DNA from: a virus
Virus record (IMG/VR): IMGVR_UViG_3300027789_000015
Location: 2,441 to 66,440 of that record
DNA: 64,000 nt
Direction: 5' to 3' (one strand)
Shown here: one piece after another, positions 1 through 8,997 of the stretch
Layout: each line of letters begins with the position of its first letter
Position numbering within the stretch: the first letter of the stretch is position 1
The notes under the pieces: model-generated
What the model saw: only the letters and a program-made list of their open reading frames with translations
The model's database searches: none
Told to the model about the DNA's origin: nothing
Program-made: the position numbers and the translations under genes

Positions 1-81
1 GTCCTCGTCCGACCACAGGTATGGCACGGCGAGGTCGTTCATGTCCGACCGGAATTGGAGCAGCAGCCCGGTGGAGTCCAC
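1..81 (-). CDS. Partial (runs off window) putative head-tail adaptor/virion protein
   Basis: GTG at 81 just after the stop of the 84..449 ORF; reads MDSTGLLLQFRSDMNDLAVPYLWSDED; lies downstream of the capsid genes. Confidence 0.45.
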   Translation of the reverse strand, partial: MDSTGLLLQFRSDMNDLAVPYLWSDED

Positions 82-83
82 GG

Positions 84-449
84 TCAGTCCCCGACCTTGT
101 GCATTTCGGCCCAGATCGGGTCGGACTCACGCTTGTCCACGGCGAAGCCGACGCGGGTCGACAGGGCCTTCAGGTTGGGCGTGCCGGCGGCGGTGAAGTC
201 CTCGCGCTTGTTGCCGGCGACCATGTCTTCCATGGCCTGCTTGATCAGCAGCTTGCGCTCGTCGGGCGTCAGCTCGACGGGCTTCTTGTTCTCGTCGTCC
301 TCGGGCATCTCTTCTTCGGGCAGGGCGCCGATGGCCATGACCTCGGCATGCATCTGCGGAGGCACGTAGGTCGGCTGACCCTTCACGAACTCGACGCTGC
401 GGCCGCTCAGGGACACGACGGTCTTGTCCCGGTTCAGGATGAAGTTCAT
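84..449 (-). CDS. Hypothetical protein of head module
   Basis: 121-aa ORF, GAGGA RBS, GC3-rich codons, in the late operon. Confidence 0.7.
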   Translation of the reverse strand: MNFILNRDKTVVSLSGRSVEFVKGQPTYVPPQMHAEVMAIGALPEEEMPEDDENKKPVELTPDERKLLIKQAMEDMVAGNKREDFTAAGTPNLKALSTRVGFAVDKRESDPIWAEMHKVGD

Positions 450-504
450 TGCTTGTTCCTCGATAGAAGACGAGGCCCGAAGGCCCCGTCTGGTTGGAAG
501 CCGA

Positions 505-942
505 TCAGGTCGGCTGGACCTCGTTGCAGCGGCCGGCGATCACGTAGCCCACCCGCACGGTCACCGTGCCGGTGGTGGCGCCGCCGGTGCCGTTGGCGAT
601 GGTGATGCGCAGGTCTTCGCCCAGGCTGTTGTAGCCAGTCGGGACCAGCGGGGTGCGCGCAGCGGTCTTGATGGTCGTCGCGCCCAGGTAGCGCGTCGCG
701 CTGGCCGAGTCGCCCACCGCCACGGTGGCCGTGGTGGCGTCGTTCGACACGACGCCGACGACCAGCTCACCGCCGATGACCACGGCGCCGGGCGGGAGGC
801 CCGCCACGTCGTAGGTCTTCGAGCCCACCACGTTCAGCGCGTTGGTCGCGCCGGCGGTGTCCACCATGGTGTCGGCCATGGTGAAGGTGAATTCCTGGTA
901 CAGCGGCCACTGGGCCGCACGGTTCTTCTTGAGCAGAGCCAT
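505..942 (-). CDS. Putative capsid decoration/minor head protein
   Basis: 145 aa, T/A/G/V-rich beta-type composition, directly after the major capsid gene, AAGGA RBS. Confidence 0.65.
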   Translation of the reverse strand: MALLKKNRAAQWPLYQEFTFTMADTMVDTAGATNALNVVGSKTYDVAGLPPGAVVIGGELVVGVVSNDATTATVAVGDSASATRYLGATTIKTAARTPLVPTGYNSLGEDLRITIANGTGGATTGTVTVRVGYVIAGRCNEVQPT

Positions 943-966
943 GATGTGACCTTGTCCTTCCTGCGC

Positions 967-2079
967 TTACTGCGCGACGTAGGTGTTCAGGACGCCGAAG
1001 TCTTCCGGCGCGCCGGGCTCGTAGATCGAGGTGAACTTGGGCTTCAGGAAACCCAGGATCTTCCCGATGGAGATGCCCTGCTGGTTGTCGTAGTCGAAGC
1101 CCTTCTCGTTCCACTCGGCGTTGCCGATGTCGGCCATGCCGAGGGCCTGGGCGCCGCAGAAGATGACCTGCGAGCCTTCGACCAGACCACCCGCGCCGTA
1201 CTTGGAGCCCGAGGCCGCACCCGTGGTGTTCGGGACGTGGCGGAACTCGTGCAGCGTGATGCCGTCGATGGTGACCTCGTCACCCGTGAACAGGGTGTCG
1301 TTCTTGCTGGCCTGGGTCGAGTGACGCAGGTTCTGCAGGTAAGTCGGGTCCAGCTTCAGCTTCGCCATCGCGTTCGGGGTCAGGAAGGCGTGGTACGTCT
1401 CCTTGCCACCGTTGCCGGCCACGCCGCGGATGTACTTGTTCTTGGCCTGGGCTTTCAGGGCCACGAACAGTTCCCACGACGGGGTGTCGGTCGCAACGAC
1501 CGCGCTGGAGGCACCGGCCGCGACGAGCGACTTGGCGGTGTTGTCCCAGCGGAAGCGACGGTTGTTCGACGGGGCGGCCACGTCGGCGGCGAACTCCAGG
1601 AACGGGAAGTCCGAACCCACGCGTGCGGCACCGTTGGGCTTGAAGGCGTAGGAGATGCCGCCCAGCGTTTGGAACGCCATCTGGTCGGAACGGTCGGCCA
1701 GCCAGTAGGCCAGCAGATCCTTCGAGTTGCCCCGGAACTCGACCACCGACTTCTGGTCGGCCATCTTGCCCTCGTGGCGGTTGGCGTGACGCAGTTGGTC
1801 GATGCGGATGACTTGGTCGAAGGTTTGCATGCCTTCTTCGTTGCCTTCCAGGGTGCGGTCACCGGCAACGCCGTCGCCTTGCAGGTCGGCCAGCAGCGTG
1901 ATGACGGCGCGGGCGCCCTTCTCGGACTTCTTCAGCTCGGTGATGTGCTGGATCATCGAGTTCGGGCCGTTGCCCAGGAACTTGCCGACGAACGACAGGT
2001 TGCGGGCTTGCTTCCACAGGTCCATGGACCAGATGGTCTTCTGCTCGGTGGTGAGCAGGCCAAAGTTGGTCAAAGCCAT
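967..2079 (-). CDS. Major capsid protein (N4-gp56/DUF4043-like)
   Basis: 370 aa; LxGDGVxGDxxLEGNEE and IDQLRHA motifs; strong codon bias; follows portal and scaffold. Confidence 0.88.
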   Translation of the reverse strand: MALTNFGLLTTEQKTIWSMDLWKQARNLSFVGKFLGNGPNSMIQHITELKKSEKGARAVITLLADLQGDGVAGDRTLEGNEEGMQTFDQVIRIDQLRHANRHEGKMADQKSVVEFRGNSKDLLAYWLADRSDQMAFQTLGGISYAFKPNGAARVGSDFPFLEFAADVAAPSNNRRFRWDNTAKSLVAAGASSAVVATDTPSWELFVALKAQAKNKYIRGVAGNGGKETYHAFLTPNAMAKLKLDPTYLQNLRHSTQASKNDTLFTGDEVTIDGITLHEFRHVPNTTGAASGSKYGAGGLVEGSQVIFCGAQALGMADIGNAEWNEKGFDYDNQQGISIGKILGFLKPKFTSIYEPGAPEDFGVLNTYVAQ

Positions 2080-2177
2080 TTGGCTTCTCCTTCGCGTGAG
2101 ATTTCAGTTAGAACGGTTGGGTGTCCGCCGAATCTCGCTTCGGTACGCGAAGGGTTGAAGCTGCTGTCGTTGAGCTT

Positions 2178-2194
2178 CGATCTACGTTAGAACG
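2178..2194. promoter_or_regulatory. Palindromic operator/promoter motif copy 1 (upstream of major capsid)
   Basis: cgatctacgttagaacg; related copies at 10278, 32615, 52220, 63095. Confidence 0.6.
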
Positions 2195-2205
2195 AACTGT
2201 ACACG

Positions 2206-2232
2206 AAAAAAGGGCCGGTACAAGACCGGCCC
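2206..2232 (-). terminator. Rho-independent terminator ending the portal-scaffold-sponge operon
   Basis: Minus strand GGGCCGGT-cttgt-ACCGGCCC followed by TTTTTT. Confidence 0.8.
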
Positions 2233-2272
2233 GAAGTCCATGGGCTTGCGGCCCTTGGAGGAGACAACTTGT

Positions 2273-2524
2273 TCAGTCGACGATCACCCAGTCCTCGGCC
2301 AGCAGGTCGGTCTGCGAGGCGAGCCAGGGGACGCGTGCGCCCGGCGTGTTGGCCGCGTCGGCGGGGTAGCTGATGAAGATGTAGGGCAGCGTCATCTTGC
2401 TGTGCGCGTCGGGGCGCTGCAGCTCCAGCCACAGGCCTTTACCGTTCCAGCCCAGACGACCTACCTTCTCACCGGCCTTGAGGTGCTCCAGCGCTTTGCT
2501 GAAGGTCTGCTGTGCGTAGCTCAT
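2273..2524 (-). CDS. tad2: DUF2829 protein, Tad2-like anti-Thoeris nucleotide sponge
   Basis: 83 aa from ATG 2524: FxxALExLKxGxKVxRxGWNGKG and PWLASQTDLLAEDW, the DUF2829 signature; ATGA overlap with the upstream gene. Confidence 0.75.
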   Translation of the reverse strand: MSYAQQTFSKALEHLKAGEKVGRLGWNGKGLWLELQRPDAHSKMTLPYIFISYPADAANTPGARVPWLASQTDLLAEDWVIVD

Positions 2525-2802
2525 GACTGCTTCCCTTCGAGCGCCTCGGTCTTGGCCGCTTGGCCCTTCTGGTACGGCATCCAGTAGCACTCGCCCTCGC
2601 ACGGGTCACGGTCCTGGGCGAGTGTGATGCTCGACTTGTTGTGGATCGTGCCCCGGTGGTCGGTCACGGCGAGGTTGACGCACGTGTCGGACCACACGTG
2701 GCAGACCTGGGCGGCCATCGGCTGGTCGCTGAGGCGCGCGAGCGACGAGTCACCGGCGAGCGGCTTGTACCAGACGACGCGGCCATTGGTGGGGGAAATC
2801 AT
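2521..2802 (-). CDS. Small hypothetical protein between two sponge-like genes
   Basis: 93 aa, AAAGGA RBS, PTxGRVVWY...VNLAV pattern. Confidence 0.75.
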   Translation of the reverse strand: MISPTNGRVVWYKPLAGDSSLARLSDQPMAAQVCHVWSDTCVNLAVTDHRGTIHNKSSITLAQDRDPCEGECYWMPYQKGQAAKTEALEGKQS

Positions 2803-2813
2803 GGTCGTTCCTT

Positions 2814-3248
2814 TCAGGCGGCGGTGCCGGCGCGCGTCGCGGTGGCGGCGCAGGTCTGGGTGGAGGCTTCGTGCACCGCGCCGCGAAGCTGGTAGCCCAG
2901 GAGCGGCCAGATCTGGTCGAGCGCCTTCTGGCGGGCCATCTTGCGGCCGAGTTCCGCGTCGAAAGTCTCGGCGCTCACCGGACCCTCATTGACCCCAACG
3001 ACCCTGAAGCCGTTGCGCATGATCAGCACGCAGAAGGTCATGAGGTGCAGAGCAGCGGGGAACTGGGCATAGTCATGCATACCCCCGCGTGTCGAGCACA
3101 TGGCGCCCTCGGCCGCTGTGAAGTAGTGCTCGCCGGCAATGGCCGCCTCGATGTCGGCGGGTGTGATGCGCGGGGCAGTCACGCCTCGCGCCTGCAAGAG
3201 CTGCTCGACCCCGGCGTCGTCGGTGCGGGGTGACTCGATGTGCATCAT
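2814..3248 (-). CDS. N4 gp49/Sf6 gp66 family protein (Acb4-like anti-CBASS sponge)
   Basis: 144 aa from ATG 3248 with AAGGAG RBS; APRITPxDI, TFCVLxMRNGFxVxG, VSxExFDAELGRKxA, IWPLLGYxL motifs. Confidence 0.75.
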   Translation of the reverse strand: MMHIESPRTDDAGVEQLLQARGVTAPRITPADIEAAIAGEHYFTAAEGAMCSTRGGMHDYAQFPAALHLMTFCVLIMRNGFRVVGVNEGPVSAETFDAELGRKMARQKALDQIWPLLGYQLRGAVHEASTQTCAATATRAGTAA

Positions 3249-3274
3249 GTCGATCTCCTTGAGTGGGTTGTGGT

Positions 3275-4303
3275 TCAGACTTCGTCGCCGCGCAGCTTGG
3301 AGAGGTCGGCCTCGCCGAGCTTCGCGAACTCCTTCTGGGACAGCTTGATCACGTCGGCGCCCTTGAGGGTGCCGCCGGCCTTGTCGGTGTCGCGACCGAT
3401 GTTCGCGGCGCTGGCCGGCTGCTTGTTGGCGGTGTCGAGGTTCTTCTCGACGGCGGCCTTCTTGCGCTCGGCAGCGACCTGCTTGGCCACCTCGTCCTTG
3501 TCGACGCGCACGTCGACCTCGACCGCAGCCTCCTGCTTCGCCGTGGTGGTCTTCAGCAGCACCTTCGCGGCCTTCTGGATCGCTTCGGCCCGGCTGTAGC
3601 GGCCAGTGGCCACGTAGCCGTCGCGCAGCTCGCACAGCTCGGCGGTCAGCTCCTTGTCGTAGTCGGCGTGGTCCGGATTCATCACCGGGTACGCCGCCTC
3701 CAGGCGGTCCACCGTGGTGTCGTAGCGCACGCGCTCGTAGGCACGGGCCTCGGCGGCCTGGGTCTCGTACTTCGCCCGGGTTTCGATGATCCCGCGCTCG
3801 GCACGGCGGATCTCGGCCATCTTCGCCGTGGCGGCGGGCAGGTCGCCCTTCTCCAGCAGCTTGAGGTACTCGCTCTCCATGACCGAGACCTTCTCCTCGG
3901 CCTCGGTGAGCTTCTCGCCCACCTTGACGACCTCCTGGCCCCCGCGCAACGTGGCTAGCTCGCGTTCAGCGGCCTCGCGGCGCTCGCGCTCCCTCGCCAG
4001 GATCTCGGTGTGGCGGGCCAGCGGGACACGGGTGTCCTTGCCCTTCTTGCCGTCGTCCTTCGCGCCCTTGTCGTCCTTCGCGCCCTTGTCGTCCTTGTCG
4101 CCCTTGTCGTCCAGGCCGACCTTCTCCAGCGCGTCCTTGTCGGCGGCAGCGGCCGCGGCGGCTTCAGCGTCGCGCAGGGCGTCCGCCTGGGCAGACGCGT
4201 CCTCGTCGGTCGGCGTCCAGTTGTCGCCACGGTCTACGGCCCCACCGCCGCCCTTGTCGTCGTCGGGACGTTGGAAGAGGTGGAATGCGCTGCGGATCTT
4301 CAT
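3275..4303 (-). CDS. Scaffolding protein
   Basis: 342 aa charged/coiled-coil with VPLAR motif; ends LSKLRGDEV; between portal and capsid. Confidence 0.7.
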   Translation of the reverse strand: MKIRSAFHLFQRPDDDKGGGGAVDRGDNWTPTDEDASAQADALRDAEAAAAAAADKDALEKVGLDDKGDKDDKGAKDDKGAKDDGKKGKDTRVPLARHTEILARERERREAAERELATLRGGQEVVKVGEKLTEAEEKVSVMESEYLKLLEKGDLPAATAKMAEIRRAERGIIETRAKYETQAAEARAYERVRYDTTVDRLEAAYPVMNPDHADYDKELTAELCELRDGYVATGRYSRAEAIQKAAKVLLKTTTAKQEAAVEVDVRVDKDEVAKQVAAERKKAAVEKNLDTANKQPASAANIGRDTDKAGGTLKGADVIKLSQKEFAKLGEADLSKLRGDEV

Positions 4304-6438
4304 GCTCGGGCTCCTTGGGGGTTGGGTTTGGGGTTTGCGGCTGCGGTCGCAGCAGCCATGCGTGCCGTGTCTGCGTCATCCTGCTGGGCCTTGGCCTTGA
4401 GCTGCTGGTCCATCTGGAGCTTCGTGACCTCCAGACCGAACTCCTTCTCGGCCATCTGCATCTCGTGCTGGAACTTGCGGTCGTCGAGCTGGATGTCGGC
4501 CTCGGCCTTGATCAGCGCAGCGCCGCCGTCGCCCTGCTCTTCGATGGGGGTGTTCGCTTCCTTGTGCGCGGCCACGATCTCCTTCTGGGCCTTCGCCTGC
4601 TTGAGGCCGGCGTCCGCGTGCTTGGCGGCAGCTTCTCCTTCGAGCTTGCTGACCTCCGCTTCCGCGCCGCGCTGCTGCAGCGCGCGCTGGGCCTGTGCCT
4701 CGGGGCTGTCTTGGTCGCCCTGCATCTTCTTGACGATCTCGCCCTTGTTCATCAGGCGGCTGTTCGCGATCAGCACGTCGTCGGGGATCATCACGCCGGC
4801 CTCGCGCATGGACAGCGCCTGCTCGAACTGGCTGTCCTCCAGGGTCTCGCGCTGCGGGATCGAGCTGATCACCACGTCGTACTCACCGAGGGTCAGGTCA
4901 TTCACGATGGCCCCGGCCGCGTCCACCTTGTTGATGGCCAGATCCTCCGTCTCGCCCGTGACCTTGTCGTGGGTGATCGTCAGGATGCGTTCCTCGGTGT
5001 AGTAGCCTTGGATCAAGTCCAGCAGCACGCGCGCCAGGATGAAGTCGCTGCGCACGAGGCTGTCCAGCGGCTTGGCGAGGTTCGTCGCGCCGGCTTGGCG
5101 CTTCGCTTGGATCGCCTTCGCAGCCACGTCCTCGCGGTCGAAGCCCTGCGCCGAGTCGCTCACGCCGGAGATCGACTTGATGTGCTCCTCGGCCTTGTAG
5201 CTGATCCGGTCCAGGCCGCTCGGCACGGCGTTCGGGGAGATCTTGACGATGTCCGTTTCCGGGTCGCCGTTCGTCTCGATCACGAGGCCGGTCTCGGCCC
5301 CGCGCGCCTCCAGCTCGCCCGGCGTCATGTTCGTCAGCGAGCCCGTCTTCACCTTCCAGCCGCTGTTCGCCGTCGTGTTGACGATGTGCAGCTCCTGGCT
5401 GGAGGTCTTGTTCAGTAGCTCCTGCGAGCCCAACAGGTTCTCGACGAGGCCCACGGTGGTGCCGCGACGGAAGAACGGGAAGTACGGGATCACCGTGAAG
5501 TGCTTGTACGGGCTCCAGTCGTCGTGCAGCACGACAGTGTCGGCGATCACAGTCCAGCGGATGCGCGAGACCAGCTTCGTGGTGACCTTGAACCCGAACT
5601 TCTCCACGAACCACGCGATGCGGTCACGGGTGAAGTCGTGAGGGATGGGGCGCATGTCACCCGTGGCTGTCTCCACGAAGTGCTTCTGCTTGTCCATCAT
5701 CTTGTGCTGGCGCTCGATCAACCGGATCGACCGGGTGACCGCCGAGAAGTCCAAGCCCGCGCCGCCAGCGTAGCCGGGCGAGATCGGCGGGCCGAAGCGG
5801 TCGCGGGCGTGCTGGATGCTGTCGTAGCCGTAGGGGCTGGCGCTCTGCTCGCGGTTGCGCAGGTACTCCGCGTCTTCCTTGTTATAGAGTACAGCAATAT
5901 CGTCAGCCGTAACCCACTTCGTGATGAAGACGTCGCGCCACGTGTCGGGGTCGTACTCCTCGGCATCCGGGTCGACGATCACGTTCTTCGGGTTCAGGTG
6001 GTTGATCTCCACCTCACCCTGCATGGAGTCCGTGAACCCAATGCGAGCGTCGAGGAAGCCACGGCTCGTGATGATGCCGTCGGCGAACATGTCGCTGCGT
6101 TTCCAGTCGAGCTGGTTGTTGTCGCTGATCTGCTTGTAGACCTTCGCCAGGGCCTCGGCGATCTCCGCAGGAGAGCCTGAGCGCGGCCGGTAGCCGATCT
6201 CGCTGCGCTGGTAGATCTGCTCGCCCATCACATTCGCCAGCGTCGAGATGATCTTGTTGATCGTCAGCGCCGGGCGTCGGGCTAGCTTCAGGGCCAGCCG
6301 GTCCTCTGCCGTCCACTGGTCGCCCACGAAGAAGCGGTCGCACAGGACTGCCTTCTCGACGTAGGTGTTGTGGCCGTTGTCACGGCAAAAGACGTAGCGG
6401 TTCCACGTCTTCGAGGTCAGGGTGGCGTCAACTGGCAT
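4300..6438 (-). CDS. Portal protein (P22/N4-like)
   Basis: 712 aa; GDQW, RPALTINKI, GLVENLLGSQELLNK, Q-rich C-terminal coil; follows terminase. Confidence 0.88.
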   Translation of the reverse strand: MPVDATLTSKTWNRYVFCRDNGHNTYVEKAVLCDRFFVGDQWTAEDRLALKLARRPALTINKIISTLANVMGEQIYQRSEIGYRPRSGSPAEIAEALAKVYKQISDNNQLDWKRSDMFADGIITSRGFLDARIGFTDSMQGEVEINHLNPKNVIVDPDAEEYDPDTWRDVFITKWVTADDIAVLYNKEDAEYLRNREQSASPYGYDSIQHARDRFGPPISPGYAGGAGLDFSAVTRSIRLIERQHKMMDKQKHFVETATGDMRPIPHDFTRDRIAWFVEKFGFKVTTKLVSRIRWTVIADTVVLHDDWSPYKHFTVIPYFPFFRRGTTVGLVENLLGSQELLNKTSSQELHIVNTTANSGWKVKTGSLTNMTPGELEARGAETGLVIETNGDPETDIVKISPNAVPSGLDRISYKAEEHIKSISGVSDSAQGFDREDVAAKAIQAKRQAGATNLAKPLDSLVRSDFILARVLLDLIQGYYTEERILTITHDKVTGETEDLAINKVDAAGAIVNDLTLGEYDVVISSIPQRETLEDSQFEQALSMREAGVMIPDDVLIANSRLMNKGEIVKKMQGDQDSPEAQAQRALQQRGAEAEVSKLEGEAAAKHADAGLKQAKAQKEIVAAHKEANTPIEEQGDGGAALIKAEADIQLDDRKFQHEMQMAEKEFGLEVTKLQMDQQLKAKAQQDDADTARMAAATAAANPKPNPQGARA

Positions 6439-6448
6439 GGCAGTCCTC

Positions 6449-6817
6449 TTACTTCAGGAACTTCAACTTGTAGAAAGTCCGGTCGATTGTCTCAAGGATG
6501 CCGTCGATGAGGTTGGCCAGCTCGGTGGAGCCGTCTGCACACGCGGTGCGGTTCTTGGTGACCCAGTCGTGCATGCTGGGCAGGTACTCCAGCATGGACA
6601 CGCTGGGGTCGGGCTTGATGGCTGGGAAGCTGTCGAACTTCCCCTCGACGCCCATGTGGCACTCGGCGAACGCGTCGGCCGCGCTCGCGATGGCGTCGTA
6701 GAAATCCCCCAGCGCCACGTGCTCGGCGTAGCTGCGGGTACGGAGGTGGGCGAAGTGGGCGACGGTGCGCGCGTCGAAGCAACGCGCGACCAGCTCGGCG
6801 CAAACTGGGTCTTTCAT
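6449..6817 (-). CDS. Ferritin/Dps-like four-helix protein (DUF5856-like)
   Basis: HxAHL..SYAEHxALxxFYD..D.FAE and terminal YKLKFLK. Confidence 0.6.
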   Translation of the reverse strand: MKDPVCAELVARCFDARTVAHFAHLRTRSYAEHVALGDFYDAIASAADAFAECHMGVEGKFDSFPAIKPDPSVSMLEYLPSMHDWVTKNRTACADGSTELANLIDGILETIDRTFYKLKFLK

Positions 6818-7065
6818 TTCATGACCCTCGCAGTGTCAAGGATGCGGTTGAGCAGATCGAGGGGCTGGGCGAAGCCGGTCTCGGCGATGCCCTTGACCCA
6901 GAAGGCGAACTGCTCGGGTGTCATGGCGCGGGGCTCAGGCCGCGGCTTCTCGGTCATCTCGGCAACCAGCCGCCGCTTCTCAGCGTCGCGCTGCTCGTAG
7001 TCGCGACGGGCTTGGTCGGCCCCTTGGGCCAGTATGCGGGGGTGGGGGTGGAGGTGCTGCGTCAT
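6814..7065 (-). CDS. Hypothetical protein
   Basis: ATG overlapping the terL stop; MTPEQFAFW motif. Confidence 0.55.
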   Translation of the reverse strand: MTQHLHPHPRILAQGADQARRDYEQRDAEKRRLVAEMTEKPRPEPRAMTPEQFAFWVKGIAETGFAQPLDLLNRILDTARVMK

Positions 7066-8966
7066 GCTGCCATGTGGCTCCGGCCATGCGTGCCCAGGCC
7101 GTTGAGCTTGTCCCTCCATGAAGCGGGCTCCTTCGTCTTGGGGCGCTGCGGTGGTGGTTTGTTCATGCATAGGTGGGTCATCCAGGCCATTGAGTCGACA
7201 CAGTCATCATGCACACCGGCCGGGAAGCGGAGCATCTCCGTCCTGACCACGTCGTACCAGTCGCCGCTCTCGTTGAAGCTCACCATCCCCTGCTGCATAC
7301 GACCCTGCAGCGGGCGGGCTCGGGCCATCTTGTCGGTGATGGGCGGTAGCACCTGAATGGAGGGGTAGAACTTCTCCTCCTGCATCCGCTTCTTCAACAA
7401 GACCGCCATCGTCCGGTAGATCTGACCGTCCTCGAAGCCCAAAACTAGGTTGGAACTGTACCACCGGCGGCACAGGGACATGATCGCATTCACGATGAAC
7501 AGGGCGTCGCCGCTCTTGAAGCGCATCACTTCCGCAACGTGCAGCACGTCGTCGTAGTCCTGTAGCCCGACCGTGCCCACGGTGTAGTCGTTCTGTTTCT
7601 TCTCGCTGATCGCGAAGTCGAAGGCGATGAACACGTTCGACTTCTGGACCGGCGGCACCATGCCGCGCTTGAAGTGCTCCTTGAGGAAGTACGCGCCGTC
7701 GTCGGGCACCGGGTTCTGCTGGTACAGGGCCGACCAGAAGCGGTTCGGGATCGTCTTCTTGATCCGGAACAGCTTGATCCGGTCGTAGCGCTCCGGGTGC
7801 AGCGCGTCGCCCTTGCAGCGCAGGAACCGGACCTTCGTCAGGTCGTAGCCCAGGCCCTTCAAGCGGTCGATGGCCCGCACCTGGGCGGTCAGCGCGTCCT
7901 CCTCGTAGGGCTCGTTCGCCGCCACGTCGATCCGCAGGATCTCGTCCGTGGTGGTGTCGACCCACTCGTCGTGCTCAGCGATGGCCGGGTACTTCACCAC
8001 CTCGAACTGATCCGACTCGGGGTCCGCCTGCATGGCGAGCTGCAGCCGGCCGGCGAGGTCGTCGTCGTGCCACCACGTCTGGATGACGAGCACGCCGCCG
8101 CCCGGGGCCAGCCGGGTGTAGGCGGTCGAGCCGTACCAGTCCCAGAGCTTCTCGCGCACGTCAGGGCTGTCGGCCTCCTCGGCGTTCTTGATCGGGTCGT
8201 CGATCAGCAGGACGTGCGCGCCCTTACCCGTGATACCGCCGCCCACGCCGGCCGCCACGTAGCCGCCCCGCTGCCCGTCCAGGCCCCACTCCTCGGCGGA
8301 CTGGTGGTTCGGGTTGAGGCGGGTAGCGAACACGCTCTGGTAGCTCGGACTCTCCAACACCTCCTTCACCTTGCGGCTGAAGGACATCGCGAGGCCCACG
8401 TTGTACGAGCAGGCGATGATTTCGTGGTCAGGGTTGCGCCCCAGGTGCCACGCCGGGAACATCCGGCTGGCCAGCTCGCTCTTCCCGTGCCGCGGCGGCA
8501 TCAGGAGCATGAGTCGGGGGCTCAGCCCCTTCGCCACGTCCTCGCTGAAGCGCTCCAGGCGGCGGGCGATGTCCTCGTGGACCCAACCAGCGTCATAGCG
8601 CGGGTTGATCCGCTGCGTGAACGGGATCAGCCGGCGCTTGGAGAGCACCCGCGCGGCCAGCTCCTGCTGGGCAGCTAGGATCTGGGGGTCGATGGATGTG
8701 GGGAGGGCCGAACGCGCGGAAGTGGTCGATGCCTTGGGGGAGTCTGGGGCTCCAGCCTTCTTTCGCGGCGTAGGGAAAGTCTTCGCGGCTGTAGCCGTTG
8801 TAGCGGACGAAGACCGTCCACTGCCAGCAGACGAGCTTGCCTTCCCGGGCTTGCCACTGGATGCGGAGGATGGAACGGTTGCGCGCGCAGTCGACCGGCC
8901 GCCCCGCGAGGAAGTCGCCGAAGTCTTCGTATTCGAGCCCGGTTTCTTGGTCGACGAGCGGGGCAT
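7062..8966 (-). CDS. terL: Terminase large subunit (start uncertain)
   Basis: Walker A MPPRHGKS, GITGKGA, LLIDDP, ALYQQNP, nuclease FDFA and FPAGVHDDCVD. Confidence 0.93.
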   Translation of the reverse strand: MPRSSTKKPGSNTKTSATSSRGGRSTARATVPSSASSGKPGKASSSAGSGRSSSATTATAAKTFPTPRKKAGAPDSPKASTTSARSALPTSIDPQILAAQQELAARVLSKRRLIPFTQRINPRYDAGWVHEDIARRLERFSEDVAKGLSPRLMLLMPPRHGKSELASRMFPAWHLGRNPDHEIIACSYNVGLAMSFSRKVKEVLESPSYQSVFATRLNPNHQSAEEWGLDGQRGGYVAAGVGGGITGKGAHVLLIDDPIKNAEEADSPDVREKLWDWYGSTAYTRLAPGGGVLVIQTWWHDDDLAGRLQLAMQADPESDQFEVVKYPAIAEHDEWVDTTTDEILRIDVAANEPYEEDALTAQVRAIDRLKGLGYDLTKVRFLRCKGDALHPERYDRIKLFRIKKTIPNRFWSALYQQNPVPDDGAYFLKEHFKRGMVPPVQKSNVFIAFDFAISEKKQNDYTVGTVGLQDYDDVLHVAEVMRFKSGDALFIVNAIMSLCRRWYSSNLVLGFEDGQIYRTMAVLLKKRMQEEKFYPSIQVLPPITDKMARARPLQGRMQQGMVSFNESGDWYDVVRTEMLRFPAGVHDDCVDSMAWMTHLCMNKPPPQRPKTKEPASWRDKLNGLGTHGRSHMAA

Positions 8967-8997
8967 GGGGGTCAAACGCACCGTTTGAGGAGGTCAT
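8593..8997 (-). CDS. Possible overlapping ORF in an alternative frame of the terL 5' region
   Basis: GGAG RBS 7 nt before ATG 8997; strongly GC3-biased codons for about 98 codons. Confidence 0.5.
   Translation of the reverse strand: MTSSNGAFDPHAPLVDQETGLEYEDFGDFLAGRPVDCARNRSILRIQWQAREGKLVCWQWTVFVRYNGYSREDFPYAAKEGWSPRLPQGIDHFRAFGPPHIHRPPDPSCPAGAGRAGALQAPADPVHAADQPAL

Noticed and set aside
424..2190. Long antisense ORFs here and elsewhere (e.g. 15142-17235, 43848-45635, 50513-52288)
   Set aside because: Shadow frames of GC3-biased real genes; no motifs or RBS
4055..4115. Short tandem DNA repeats in the scaffold gene
   Set aside because: Simply encode the low-complexity DDKGAK linker
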